Positions 32,667 to 42,894 of a stretch of 64,000 nucleotides of DNA are shown here, piece after piece. Every line of letters starts with the position of its first letter. The stretch's first letter is position 1. The notes beneath the pieces were generated by a model that worked only from the letters and a program-made list of their open reading frames with translations, made no database searches and was not told where the DNA came from. This DNA comes from Nitrospira sp. (lineage in GTDB: Bacteria > Nitrospirota > Nitrospiria > Nitrospirales > Nitrospiraceae). The DNA lies in NCBI GenBank assembly GCA_047150005.1, contig AP038806.1, positions 1,696,001 to 1,760,000 on the forward strand. Reading direction: 5' to 3'. Made by a program: the position numbers and the translations under genes.

Positions 32667-34409
32667 TCAAGACAGGCGTTCCGGCTGGACCAGGCCCTCC
32701 GGGCGGTCGGTACGTCCCGCGGCGAGGATGACCTCGTGCAGATCCTCGGCCGCTGCGTCCTTGGATATAAACGTCGTCGCTCCGGCCGCCGTGATCGCGT
32801 CCCGGGTGTGCGGCTGATTATCGATGGAGAGGGCGACGACCGGAGTCTCCGGCCAATCCCGCTTGATCCGTTTGGTCGCTTCGATGCCGTTCATCCAGGG
32901 CATGTTGATGTCCATCAGCACGAGATCCGGAGCCAGCTCAGCCACCTTTTCCACCGCCTCGCGGCCGTCTCCCGCCTCGCCGACGACCGCGAGGTCGGGA
33001 AAGCCTTCCAGAATAACCTTGAGGCCCCGCCGCACCATGACGTGATCGTCGACCAACAGCACGCGGATGCGATGGGCATGACCCTCCGGTGATTGATCAG
33101 ACACAAGAGAGAGAGTCTCCGAGGACTGCAACCCGGTGTCCGTCTGTTTGGGCTCGAGGCTCGTCGGCAACGGCAGGCTGAGCGTGGCGGTGGTTCCCAC
33201 GCCCGGCGAGCTTGTGACATTGAACCATCCGCCCATCGCCTGCATGCGCTCCCGGACGCTGAACAACCCGAAGTGCGAGCCGGCCGGTTTGGATTCCGGC
33301 GCGGCCGGGTTGAATCCCCGTCCCCCGTCCTGCACCTCAATGCGAAGACGGCCTGATTCCTCGACTTCGAGATTCACCGTGGCGCAGTCGGTGCCCGCAT
33401 GTTTCGCGACGTTGAGCAGCAGCTCGCGTACGGACTGGAAGAGCAGGACCGACTGATCGTCGGGTAACGAGACCTTGTCCGTCCCCAGCTGCACGTTGAC
33501 CTTCAACCCGTGCAGCGGCATCTCGCTCGCGAGCCACGAGAGCGCCGCCGGGAGGCCAAGCTCGTCGAGCACGGGCGGGCTCAGTTTTGCCATCAGGGAC
33601 CTGGTGTAATCGGCGGCCTTCTTGAAGAGGTCGTCGATTTCGGTCACGAGCGGGTCAATCTGCTGATCCCCGGCGACCAGTTTCGAGCGGAGCTGCGCGA
33701 TCTTCATCCGCCCCAGCGCAAGCATCTGGGCGAGATAGTCGTGCAACTCCGCGGCCAGGCGCTTGCGCTCGCGCTGCTCGGCCAGGGTCAACTCGGAAGC
33801 CAGCGCCTGGAGCCGGTTGTGCGAAGCGACGATGTCGCGCGTCCGCTCTTCGACCCGTTGCTCCAATTCGCCGTTCAGCCGCAGCAACGCTTCTTCCGCG
33901 CGCTTGCGCTGTTCGAGCTCGAGTTCGAGGGAATGGTTGGCCACGCGCAATTCGGCCGTGCGCGCGGCGATCCGAAGGGCCAACTCCTCGTTGAGGGTCA
34001 CGATGGACTGCCGGGCGGCCGCGTGCTCCTCGCGAAGCCGGCGTTGCTCGAGCGCGTGGCGCACCGACTCGCCCAAACGGCCCAACCGGTCCTTCAGTAG
34101 ATAATCGGCGGCGCCCGCCCGCATCAGGGCCACCGCGTCCTCGTCGCCGATGGCGTGCGAGACGATGATGAAAGGAATCCCACCGCCGTGCTCCTGCGTC
34201 AACCGCAAGGCTTCCGCCGAGCTGAATTGCGGCAGGTTGTGATCGTAAATGATGAGATCCGGCCGGTGCTCGACGAGGCTCTGCATGAAGGCTTCGCGGT
34301 CTGCCACCGGCAGACAATGGAGTTCGTAGCCGCTCTTCTTGAGTTCCCGCACGACCAACTCGACGTCGGCCGCGTCATCCTCGACGATCAGCAAATTGAA
34401 CGGTGCCAT
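32667..34409 (-). CDS. Hybrid kinase REC-coiled coil-HisKA_3-HATPase-REC
   Basis: [41 protein letters not shown]. Confidence 0.9.
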   Translation of the reverse strand: MAPFNLLIVEDDAADVELVVRELKKSGYELHCLPVADREAFMQSLVEHRPDLIIYDHNLPQFSSAEALRLTQEHGGGIPFIIVSHAIGDEDAVALMRAGAADYLLKDRLGRLGESVRHALEQRRLREEHAAARQSIVTLNEELALRIAARTAELRVANHSLELELEQRKRAEEALLRLNGELEQRVEERTRDIVASHNRLQALASELTLAEQRERKRLAAELHDYLAQMLALGRMKIAQLRSKLVAGDQQIDPLVTEIDDLFKKAADYTRSLMAKLSPPVLDELGLPAALSWLASEMPLHGLKVNVQLGTDKVSLPDDQSVLLFQSVRELLLNVAKHAGTDCATVNLEVEESGRLRIEVQDGGRGFNPAAPESKPAGSHFGLFSVRERMQAMGGWFNVTSSPGVGTTATLSLPLPTSLEPKQTDTGLQSSETLSLVSDQSPEGHAHRIRVLLVDDHVMVRRGLKVILEGFPDLAVVGEAGDGREAVEKVAELAPDLVLMDINMPWMNGIEATKRIKRDWPETPVVALSIDNQPHTRDAITAAGATTFISKDAAAEDLHEVILAAGRTDRPEGLVQPERLS

Positions 34410-34433
34410 GGCCCGCGCTCCTCTCGCCTGAGG

Positions 34434-34895
34434 TTAGTACGATTGGTGCTGCTCCGAGAGTTCGGCCGGGACCTGATTCAAGAGGATCCAATACATGCCC
34501 AATTGCCGGACCGCCTCGCTGAATTGAGGGAAGTCGACCGGCTTGACCACGTAGCTGTTGACTCCAAGATTGTAACTGCGGATCAGGTCCTGTTCCTCCC
34601 GCGAGGAGGTGAGGACCACAACGGGAATGTTCTTCGTGCGGGGATCGCCTTTGCACCGTTGAAGAATCTCGAGGCCGTCCACCTTGGGCAGTTTGAGGTC
34701 GAGGAGGATCAACCGCGTTCGATTGCAAGTGCTGCGTTCGCTGTAGCGGCCCGTGCTGAACAAGCATTCCAGCGCTTCTTCGCCGTCCCGGACCACGTGG
34801 ATCTTGTTCGTGAGATTGTTTTTGCGAAATGCCCGCAAGGTGATCTCCACGTCTTCGGGATTGTCTTCAATCAGCAGAATCTCGAGATCGTTCAT
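34434..34895 (-). CDS. Single-domain response regulator (Rcp1-like)
   Basis: ILLIEDN..LILLDLKLPKVDG..VLTSS..SYNLGVNSYVVKP. Confidence 0.92.
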   Translation of the reverse strand: MNDLEILLIEDNPEDVEITLRAFRKNNLTNKIHVVRDGEEALECLFSTGRYSERSTCNRTRLILLDLKLPKVDGLEILQRCKGDPRTKNIPVVVLTSSREEQDLIRSYNLGVNSYVVKPVDFPQFSEAVRQLGMYWILLNQVPAELSEQHQSY

Positions 34896-37800
34896 GGTCT
34901 CAGCGCCTTTCGCAGAGAGAAATAGAATGTCGCGCCGCCGTCCACTTTGCCCTCTGCCCAGACGCGACCTCGGTGCCGATGGACGATCCGGTGGACGATG
35001 GCCAGGCCGACGCCCGTGCCCTCGAAATCTTCCTTCAGATGCAGGCGCTGAAAGACCCCGAAGAGTTTGTGCACGTACTTCATATCGAACCCGACCCCGT
35101 TATCCTTCACATAGTACACAACGGCCTCGGCCTGCTGGTCGTCCGGAAGCCAGCCAACCGTCACGAGGGCGGTCTCCCGGGTCTTCGTGTACTTGAACGC
35201 GTTCGACAACAGATTGGTCCAGACCAGCTTGAGCAGCCGCCAGTCTCCATGGCACGGCGGCAGATCCGGGATGATCAGCTCGACGGCCCTGCCTTGGTGG
35301 AGCAGGTGCTGCTCCTCCGCCACGGCGCGCGCCAGGTCGGTCATGGCGACCGACCGGAAATCAATCCCAAGTCGGCCCAGACGAGAGAACTCCAGGAGAT
35401 CATCGATCAATTCACCGGCTCGCCCGGCGGCCTGCCGGACGATCCTGAGGCAGCGCTGCGCTTCCGCGCTTAGTTGCGAACTGTGATCCTCCTCCAGAAT
35501 GCGGATGAAGGCGTCGATGGTGCGAAGCGGCGCCCGCAGATCGTGCGAGACGGAATAGGAAAAGCTCTCCAGTTCCTTATTGGCCTCGGCCAGCGCCGCT
35601 TTCTGCTTCACGAGCGCTTCGTTGGAGACGGTCAGGGCCAGGTCCCGTTCCCGCAACGCCTCCTCGGCGCGCGTTTTCTCGGTGATGTCCCGCGCGATCG
35701 AAGAGGCGCTCACCACGTTGCCATGGGCGTCGAGAATGGGGGACACGGCCAGGGAGATCGCCATCGCGGTCCCGTCCTTGTGGACCCGAATCGTGTCGTA
35801 ATGGCCGGCCGGCGCCCCGCGGGCGAGCTGCCTAAGAATCGACGACTCTTCGTCATGACGGTCGAGAGGAATGAGCCGATAGATCGACTGGCCGAGCATT
35901 TCGCCCTCGGTGTAGCCGAACAGCCGCTCGGCGCCGCCGTTCCAGCTGGTCACGATACCGCGCAGATCTTTACTGATGATGGCGTCGTCGGAGGACTTGA
36001 CGATGGCGGCCAACTGACCGAGTGCATGTTCGGCACGCTTGCTTTCGGTGATGTCCACCAGCATGTTCACGCCGCCCATGACCTTGCCGGCGTCGTCCCA
36101 GATCGGTTCCGGATGCGGCAGGACATGCCGTTTCGTGCCGTCCGGCCGTTCGATGACGATCTCTCGCCCGCGTATCGGGCGGCCTTCGCGCAAGGTGACC
36201 GCCATGGGACATTCGTCCAAGGGAAGCGGCCGGCCGTCCGTCGCATAGATCTTCCACGATCCGCACCAGAGGTCTTTGCCCATCTCCGGTTCCCGCCCCC
36301 ACAACGCGACGGCCGCCTGGTTGTAGAGGGTGATGCGGCCTCGTTCGTCGCAGGTATAGACGGCCGCCGGCAGGGCCTGAATGAGGTCACGGTAGCGCCC
36401 CTCGCTGTGGCGCAAGGCCTGTTCCTGCCAGAGCCGTTGGGTCACGTCGCGCAGGATGATCGTGTAGAACTTGCCGGTCGCGGTCTGCAGCTGCGAGAAA
36501 GAGGCCTCGAGCGGGAACTCCTCGCCATCGACGCGTCGCCCGTAAACGGTACCATGGACCCCCTTGCGCCGTTCCGGGGTCGCCGTACTCTTGGTGAACG
36601 TTTTCAACTCCTTGGCGTGAAGCGCCTGAAAGCTTTGGGGCAAAAAGCGGTCGATCGATTGTCCGAGCGCGACGTCGGTCGAACAGGCGAACATCGTCTC
36701 GGCCGCGTTGTTAAAGTCCGTGATCCGCTGCTGCTCGTCGATCGTGATGATCGCATCCATGGCCGACGTAATGATACCGCTCAGCCGCTGCTCATTGTCC
36801 CGCAGGGCGTCTTGGGCCTGCTTGAGATCGGTGATGTCGACGCTGGATCCGACGTAACCCAGAAATGCTCCGTTCTCATCGAACCATGGGATTCCTCTGT
36901 CGAGGATCCAGCGGTAGGCACCGTCGAATCGGCGCAGACGGAACTCCGCTTCGAAGGGCTCCCGCTTGTCGAACGACTCGGTCTGTAGACTGAGACACTG
37001 GCTCTGATCGTCCGGATGCACTCCGCTGTTCCAGCCTATGCCGGTTTCCTGCTCCAACGTGCGGCCGGTGAAATCCAGCCAACCCTTATTGAAGTAGGTG
37101 CGCTGCCTGTCAAAGCCAGAAATCCAAATCAGCACCGGGGAGGCATCCGCCATCAGGCGGAAACGGGCGTCGCTCTCGCGCCGGGCCTCCTCGCTCTCCT
37201 TCCGTTCGGTGATGTCGACGTTGACCCCGGTCAGGCGCAGCGGATTACCGGCGGGATCTCGGAACATCTGCCAACGCCCGATCAGTGAGCGAACGGTTCC
37301 GTCCGGTCGAACAATACGAAATTCCTCCTCGGTCGGATCGGTGGTCGTCAGCGACCGCTCGATGGCACCTAAGATCTGATCTTTGTCCGCCGGATGGAGA
37401 AAGGCTTCCCACGCCGGCTGTGTCTTCGCAAACTCACCCGTTTGCAGCCCGTATATCGCTTCCAGCTCAGGAGTCCAGGTGTTGAGGCCGGTTCGAATAT
37501 TCCATTCAAACGAGCCGACACGTCCCGCGTGCTGAGCCACCCTCAAGCGCTCGTCGCTTTCCTGCAGCGCCGCCTGCGCACGTCGGCGTTCCTGGATTTC
37601 CTCTTCCAGCGCCTGCTCTCTGTGCAGCACCAACTCTTCATGAGCCGCGGCTCGGCGCCGAGTCCGACGCACGGCTTCGCCGATGCCGATAATGACGACG
37701 ATGCTCGACAGGTAGGCGGCGATTCCCCAATGATCTTGAAGCTGATCGCTGAATCTATATCGCGGCTCGATAAACAGCCAGTTGGTGGCGACGTAACAGA

Positions 37801-38014
37801 GCGCCGCGGTCAACACCGCCGGTCCCCATCCGGCGTACCAGACGGACAGGGCAACGAATCCAAACGAGGTCGAAAGCGGAAGATTGTCGCCCAGCGCCGG
37901 ATCGAGTCCCCACCGCAGGGCCATCGCGCTCGCTGCGCACAGAACGGCGGCGCCGTATCGGTGAGGAACAGATTTCTCCACGACCGCCGCCGGAGCGTCG
38001 TCGGATTGTGACAT
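34892..38014 (-). CDS. Membrane-anchored multi-PAS sensor histidine kinase
   Basis: N-terminal DUF4118-like TM segments, five PAS/PAC, FSYSVSHDLRAPLR, LFGVFQRLH..GTGVGLA. Confidence 0.92.
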   Translation of the reverse strand: MSQSDDAPAAVVEKSVPHRYGAAVLCAASAMALRWGLDPALGDNLPLSTSFGFVALSVWYAGWGPAVLTAALCYVATNWLFIEPRYRFSDQLQDHWGIAAYLSSIVVIIGIGEAVRRTRRRAAAHEELVLHREQALEEEIQERRRAQAALQESDERLRVAQHAGRVGSFEWNIRTGLNTWTPELEAIYGLQTGEFAKTQPAWEAFLHPADKDQILGAIERSLTTTDPTEEEFRIVRPDGTVRSLIGRWQMFRDPAGNPLRLTGVNVDITERKESEEARRESDARFRLMADASPVLIWISGFDRQRTYFNKGWLDFTGRTLEQETGIGWNSGVHPDDQSQCLSLQTESFDKREPFEAEFRLRRFDGAYRWILDRGIPWFDENGAFLGYVGSSVDITDLKQAQDALRDNEQRLSGIITSAMDAIITIDEQQRITDFNNAAETMFACSTDVALGQSIDRFLPQSFQALHAKELKTFTKSTATPERRKGVHGTVYGRRVDGEEFPLEASFSQLQTATGKFYTIILRDVTQRLWQEQALRHSEGRYRDLIQALPAAVYTCDERGRITLYNQAAVALWGREPEMGKDLWCGSWKIYATDGRPLPLDECPMAVTLREGRPIRGREIVIERPDGTKRHVLPHPEPIWDDAGKVMGGVNMLVDITESKRAEHALGQLAAIVKSSDDAIISKDLRGIVTSWNGGAERLFGYTEGEMLGQSIYRLIPLDRHDEESSILRQLARGAPAGHYDTIRVHKDGTAMAISLAVSPILDAHGNVVSASSIARDITEKTRAEEALRERDLALTVSNEALVKQKAALAEANKELESFSYSVSHDLRAPLRTIDAFIRILEEDHSSQLSAEAQRCLRIVRQAAGRAGELIDDLLEFSRLGRLGIDFRSVAMTDLARAVAEEQHLLHQGRAVELIIPDLPPCHGDWRLLKLVWTNLLSNAFKYTKTRETALVTVGWLPDDQQAEAVVYYVKDNGVGFDMKYVHKLFGVFQRLHLKEDFEGTGVGLAIVHRIVHRHRGRVWAEGKVDGGATFYFSLRKALRP

Positions 38015-38080
38015 CTCTCATCCTCATCCAAAGTGATTGGAATAGCGGGTAAAGTATAGGCTGACGAATAGAGTAGATGC

Positions 38081-38096
38081 CCTAGGCAAGCCCCTA
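38081..38096 (-). promoter_or_regulatory. Palindromic activator-like box upstream of signalling cluster
   Basis: Minus strand TAGGGGCTTGCCTAGG, then 22 nt, then TATACT. Confidence 0.65.
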
Positions 38097-38303
38097 GTTC
38101 TCCTCTCATTCCCAACCGGTAACGATACACTCAACCCTCAAAACTATGGACCATCGTTGCCGGCCTAAGCTTCCCATGGGGCAGCAGCCATTCCTGAAAG
38201 AGTCATACAGAGTGATTTGAGCTGCTATCTTTGGAGGTCGGTGCCACCACATCATGTCGTTGTGGCTCCGACAGAGGCAGGAATGCGGTCGCCGAAATGT
38301 CGA

Positions 38304-39239
38304 TTAGTTTGTACGAGAAAGGAACGTCTTTAGATCGGAAAGTCTGTGCGCCCAAAAGAAAACCACAGGCGTATCCTGTGCCTGAAGCAAATACACAGGC
38401 TTAAAGACTCCCTGAATGACTGCGGCGGGAACCACATTCTGTTCACCGAATCGTCTGACCCAGCTGCCCGCGTCGACCGCCACTTCTTTATTGATTCGTT
38501 TCCGGCTATTGATCTCCGAGTTGGATGCCTTGCACTCTAGCGCGAGCACGCGGCCATCCCCAAGCCGAACGACGATGTCGGCGTTGTGCTCGCCGACGGT
38601 ACAACCGATCATGAAACATTTCTTCTGTGGTGCGTCGGTCAGTAAGGTCTGGATTCCTTTTCGTGTTGCCCCTACTTGTTTCCATCCGAGGGTGATGAGC
38701 AGTTTCTTCACTGCTCCTTCGACAGCATCACGCTCGTCGGCACGTCTCGATGTCTGCACATGTTGAGCAGAGGCAACAACTGAGGAAGCAAGTATGGCAG
38801 CCTGCTTCTCTCTCGGCGTGGGCGGCCGGTTTTCGTACATCCAAGGGAATCGCTTCGGATCGAGGACGCGCCGAATTACGTCCACCACACTCTTAGCCCG
38901 TTCGGCATGGCTTGCAATAAGAGTCGGGGCGAGTGTATCGCCGACCAATGTTCTTAGGTCATCTGTTGATATGGGTGGAGCGCCCAGATATCGAAGAGCG
39001 GTGAGGAGATACCGATCTTGTACAACTGAAGCGATTAGCTCGGGAGCAACCGGATCGCTCAGGAGCTGCGGAAGGATTTCGATTACCTGTTTATTAGCCC
39101 GTTCGAGTTGCTGAAACGCGGCCAAGTAACGTTCTTTCGGTTCCTCTAGGCGGCGTTGCCTGAACAGCTCCCTGGCTTGCCTTGCGTCACTGAGAATTTC
39201 TCGGCGAGACCATTTTCGTGCGCCTTTCGGCCAACTCAT
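38304..39239 (-). CDS. Type II restriction endonuclease, XamI-like
   Basis: RYLGAPPISTDDL, LDPKRFPW, ADIVV..ECKASNS.INSRKR (PD-(D/E)xK), FFWAH; ATGA-coupled to the methylase. Confidence 0.8.
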   Translation of the reverse strand: MSWPKGARKWSRREILSDARQARELFRQRRLEEPKERYLAAFQQLERANKQVIEILPQLLSDPVAPELIASVVQDRYLLTALRYLGAPPISTDDLRTLVGDTLAPTLIASHAERAKSVVDVIRRVLDPKRFPWMYENRPPTPREKQAAILASSVVASAQHVQTSRRADERDAVEGAVKKLLITLGWKQVGATRKGIQTLLTDAPQKKCFMIGCTVGEHNADIVVRLGDGRVLALECKASNSEINSRKRINKEVAVDAGSWVRRFGEQNVVPAAVIQGVFKPVYLLQAQDTPVVFFWAHRLSDLKTFLSRTN

Positions 39240-40783
39240 CCAACCGGCTCCATCGCCCGCAATATTTCAAGGCGCGGTATACGAAGGCGCATAACCTCTT
39301 TCGGTTCGAACTTGGTGAGGCCACCGGCATAAGTTCGACCTTCCACTGCACGGACATTCCTGTTCAGCCAACGAACGATTAACCACAGATCCTCTTCGGA
39401 TAGAGGTATTCTGGGGAAGAGACCATGGGCAATGTTTAATAGTCTTGCTCCGCAAGCATTGAGAACAAATGTAGGAGGACGACGCGCCATGTAAGTCATG
39501 ACGATCGGTGCAGAAGCTCTCAGATTGACACGCCACCAAGGGCTTCTATGCCGGGCAATGTAGCTCTGTGCTGCTCCTTGAGACTGGGCCCATGACAAAA
39601 AGGCCTCGATGCGGTCACGATCTTTCTTGGCAAAGCGGTCGAGATCAGCGGGCAGGTCCACGACGCGCCGTAACTTTCCTGTGTCACTCAATCGAAAGTC
39701 GCGAGCGTGTATAAGTTCCTTTGCTCGAGTAATGGTCGGGACGAGCACAGAGGGAGGGAGATCGTGAGCCTTCTGCGCAGCTATCCACACACGATTCATA
39801 CCTGTGACTTGGCCGCGGTGTACCTGAAAGAGTTCACCGAGTTCAATCCTGTCCTTTTCTGTGCCGTAGTCCGGGCAAGGAAGTTGCGACCATTTTTCAA
39901 TGGCTCTTGCCCGCACAAGACTAATCGGTCTCCCGTCCCGCAAATCCTTTAGCTCTTCGACATTTCCTACATGGTGGACGCGCATTGAGCGGCAGCGCGA
40001 ACCCGTTTCAAAGCACAGAATTACGGTACTAGTCATAGCATCGGGAAAGACCTGGACAGATTTCTCGATAAGATGCAAGGATCGACCTCCCAGGCCGTTC
40101 GTCAACATCGCGCGTGCGGTAGAGCCGTAATTTACGTCGAGCCATTCAGCGGCTGTAATGAAACATCCATGATCTCCCGTAACGGCCAGTTGACGAGTTT
40201 TGAGTAGGAAATGAATATGGAGACCGGCTAGGGCGCTGCTCGGCAACTTGTAATATCGACAAGTCTCCTTGTACCAGCGCTTCCAAGAAGGATCGATATC
40301 GTGATGGCGGACGTAGGGCGGATTTCCGATAAACAAAGTTCGCCCTGCTATCTGAGGCAATCGAACGGCGCGATAATCATTTGCGATGACGGTGACACGG
40401 TTTTTGAGCCCGGCGATAGCAAGGTTGGCTTGAAGAAGAGCAGCGATGCTAGGATCATTTTCGATGGCGATGATCTTGGCTCCCGGGAAAGCTCGAGCCG
40501 CGGCTATGGAGAATCTTCCTGATCCAGCGCCCGGATCGACGATGCGGTCATATGTCACTCCCTGACTTTCTGCCCACCCAATCATGTGCCGCACAATCTG
40601 AGGCGGTGTAAATGTTGCCCCTAGGGCGCGACGCTGTTTCCCAGGGAGGAGGTTACTGTAACGCTCCCCAAGTGGATCTGTCCCATTTGCGAGCGATCGG
40701 CGAATCGAGGTGGACGACAATTGGGTGGAAAGGCTTTGGCCCGAGGCAAGCAAGCAGGAGGTGACCCTAAGCAGGGAATCCAT
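39236..40783 (-). CDS. N6-adenine DNA methyltransferase (cognate MTase)
   Basis: GATFTP, VDPGAGSGRF (motif I), IGNPPYVRH (motif IV), GGLTKFEP; region visibly AT-richer than its flanks. Confidence 0.9.
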   Translation of the reverse strand: MDSLLRVTSCLLASGQSLSTQLSSTSIRRSLANGTDPLGERYSNLLPGKQRRALGATFTPPQIVRHMIGWAESQGVTYDRIVDPGAGSGRFSIAAARAFPGAKIIAIENDPSIAALLQANLAIAGLKNRVTVIANDYRAVRLPQIAGRTLFIGNPPYVRHHDIDPSWKRWYKETCRYYKLPSSALAGLHIHFLLKTRQLAVTGDHGCFITAAEWLDVNYGSTARAMLTNGLGGRSLHLIEKSVQVFPDAMTSTVILCFETGSRCRSMRVHHVGNVEELKDLRDGRPISLVRARAIEKWSQLPCPDYGTEKDRIELGELFQVHRGQVTGMNRVWIAAQKAHDLPPSVLVPTITRAKELIHARDFRLSDTGKLRRVVDLPADLDRFAKKDRDRIEAFLSWAQSQGAAQSYIARHRSPWWRVNLRASAPIVMTYMARRPPTFVLNACGARLLNIAHGLFPRIPLSEEDLWLIVRWLNRNVRAVEGRTYAGGLTKFEPKEVMRLRIPRLEILRAMEPVG

Positions 40784-41200
40784 CTCACACCATAAGGGTT
40801 GCAGAGCAGCGGAAAATCATGATCGATTGAGCAGAGGCTGCGGTGCAGTATGACCAGTCGAAAATTGAATGTCAAACAAAAAGTAACCGATGGTTACATA
40901 ATGGGCAGGATGGACAGAAGGCGTTATTTCTTTATCCGTCAGAGACTTGCGTCTGCTCCGCCTCCAACGCCTGCCGGGTGCGCACCTCCCGGAGCCGTCT
41001 TTTGTGGGTCGCCTCCATGGGGTGGTGGACCCGTTAGGTCTTCCTTCTCCAAGGCGGGACGGCGTACGGGCGCGGAACGTTGCGGCGCAGGCGCTCCTCG
41101 GATTGTAGGCGGCCGACGAGCCGGCGACGGAGGCGGCGTCGGAGCTGCAGCTCATGTCATCCCATTTCACGCTCGAAATCTCGTCCTTTCGCTGGAACGG

Positions 41201-41776
41201 TCATGTGAACCGTCTCGTTTCGGAGAGCCGATCCAAACGATCATCATGGTGGCGTCCGGCGGACGAACGGGTGAGGTGCTTGATCAGCAGAGCGCTGGCC
41301 GTACGAGCCAGGTCGCGAAACAGGGAACGGCCTGCGTAGAGCGCCGCCTCACGCAGTCTGATGCCTTCGCGCCGGAGCTCTTCACCCACGTCTTCCCGGA
41401 CTGTCCGTAAGATGGTGCGGCGGTTGCGTGGCGATCCGGGCTTCGGTTCGCCGGTCCTTCGTCGGCGGTCGAATCGTCGATACTCTAGAGACGGAAAAAA
41501 CGGATAGACGCCGCCGTTACGGTGCCTACGGTCGATCCATCCGGCCAGGAGGGCGAGTACCACGACGCCGCCGGCCAAGACCAACGGGCGCTCTCCGGCG
41601 GCGCGCGAAAACGCAGAGGGGATTGTGCGATCGATGATCTCGAGGACCGCATCTCGGGTTTCCCGGACCCTGTGCTCCACCTGATGTTCGAGCAGGTGAA
41701 TTTTCTCGTCCAAGGCTATGCGAGTGCGCTGGATGTTCTTCAAGTCCTCTTGTACGTCATGCGCTCTGTGATCCAT
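41201..41776 (-). CDS. DUF3618-like hypothetical protein
   Basis: IQRTRIALDEKIHLLE N-terminal motif, one TM, directly downstream of the holin-like gene. Confidence 0.55.
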   Translation of the reverse strand: MDHRAHDVQEDLKNIQRTRIALDEKIHLLEHQVEHRVRETRDAVLEIIDRTIPSAFSRAAGERPLVLAGGVVVLALLAGWIDRRHRNGGVYPFFPSLEYRRFDRRRRTGEPKPGSPRNRRTILRTVREDVGEELRREGIRLREAALYAGRSLFRDLARTASALLIKHLTRSSAGRHHDDRLDRLSETRRFT

Positions 41777-42153
41777 TGGACGTGTTCCTTTATCGCGAAG
41801 AGGCTTCGGCGCGGCATCAGATGAACGCGCCCCGCCATGGACTGAGCTCTGACGAGACAGGCGGCGCTTAGGCCGGCCAGGAGGCCGCCCACCAACCCGT
41901 AGGAGGCCCACAGCGAAAGGCCCGCCAAGACGGTCAGCCCATGCACGAGCATCAGCAGCAGAAACGGGGCGGCGACCGCCGCCAGGGCGATCCCGATCCC
42001 GAATCCGGAGGCGGCTCGTCCCGTCTTGGACAACTCCAATTGGAATTCATGGCGCAACGGCTGCGCCTCTTGCCGCATCAGTGTCTTGAAGTCTTCGAGA
42101 ATCCCGCCCAGGAGAGACGCCAATCCGACGCGTCGTGGCGTTGTATCGTCCAT
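41740..42153 (-). CDS. Phage-holin-family (YqjE-like) membrane protein
   Basis: LLGGILEDFKTLMRQE..L.HE, two TM segments, LSLWASYGLVG. Confidence 0.8.
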   Translation of the reverse strand: MDDTTPRRVGLASLLGGILEDFKTLMRQEAQPLRHEFQLELSKTGRAASGFGIGIALAAVAAPFLLLMLVHGLTVLAGLSLWASYGLVGGLLAGLSAACLVRAQSMAGRVHLMPRRSLFAIKEHVQWITERMTYKRT

Positions 42154-42188
42154 CGGTTACCTCATTTGACGCTGGTTCGGTTCTGTGG

Positions 42189-42665
42189 CTAGGCCGCGCG
42201 TCTCGGATCCTCTTCTTTCATCCGCCGGACGTCGTCGGCGACTTGCATGAGTTCGGCACCGCTCAACAACTTGCGCGCGAGAGAGAAGATCGTCTGTTCT
42301 TCCTGCTCGAAATGGCGACAGACTTCAGCCATCAGTCGCTCGATCTCGAGCTGGAACTCCTCGTCGTGCGACAGGACATCTCGGACCTGCGCGATGCGCT
42401 TGCTGAGATCCTGATGGTCCCGCACCGCCTCGGCCAAGAGCGCGGCGGCTTCTTGGGGAGCAGCGGCAGAGAGACGCGCAGCCAAGACCGGATAGAACAG
42501 CTCGGTTTCGATCATTCCATGCAGTTCCACGGTTCGCAAAATCCGGCTGGCGATAAAATAGCGATCGTCCCCTCCGGCGGTTTCAAATGCTTCGTAGAGA
42601 CTTCGAGCCTGTTCATGGTCCCGAAGCAGGACTGCTAAGGCGTCTTCTCGTTTCTTCGCCTGCAT
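42189..42665 (-). CDS. Hemerythrin-domain protein
   Basis: DA..LLRDH, LHGMIETELFYP, DH, RHFEQEEQTIF. Confidence 0.85.
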   Translation of the reverse strand: MQAKKREDALAVLLRDHEQARSLYEAFETAGGDDRYFIASRILRTVELHGMIETELFYPVLAARLSAAAPQEAAALLAEAVRDHQDLSKRIAQVRDVLSHDEEFQLEIERLMAEVCRHFEQEEQTIFSLARKLLSGAELMQVADDVRRMKEEDPRRAA

Positions 42666-42713
42666 GGCTATTGACCTGAAATCGACCTTAGCAACCGCGG
42701 TCCGCTTGCACCA

Positions 42714-42729
42714 ACTGGTAGGCTCCCTA
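42714..42729 (-). promoter_or_regulatory. Palindromic activator-like box upstream of hemerythrin operon
   Basis: Minus strand TAGGGAGCCTACCAGT, then 23 nt ending TGC, then TAAGGT. Confidence 0.6.
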
Positions 42730-42894
42730 GCCCGCACTCTTCACGATGACTTCTGCTGCAACCGCCGATATGCCGCTGCGACAAGGTTTCGCCCGTCTCG
42801 CGCGGCATCTCCGCGGTTTCGTCACGAACTCTCGTGAATCATGCGGGCTAGCCACGACCGGTCGGTTCGCCACGACAGGAGATCGTCGGATGGT

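Noticed and set aside
41740..42153. Holin-family gene as evidence of a prophage
   Set aside because: No phage structural, lysin or integrase genes; this family is common in stress operons with DUF3618.
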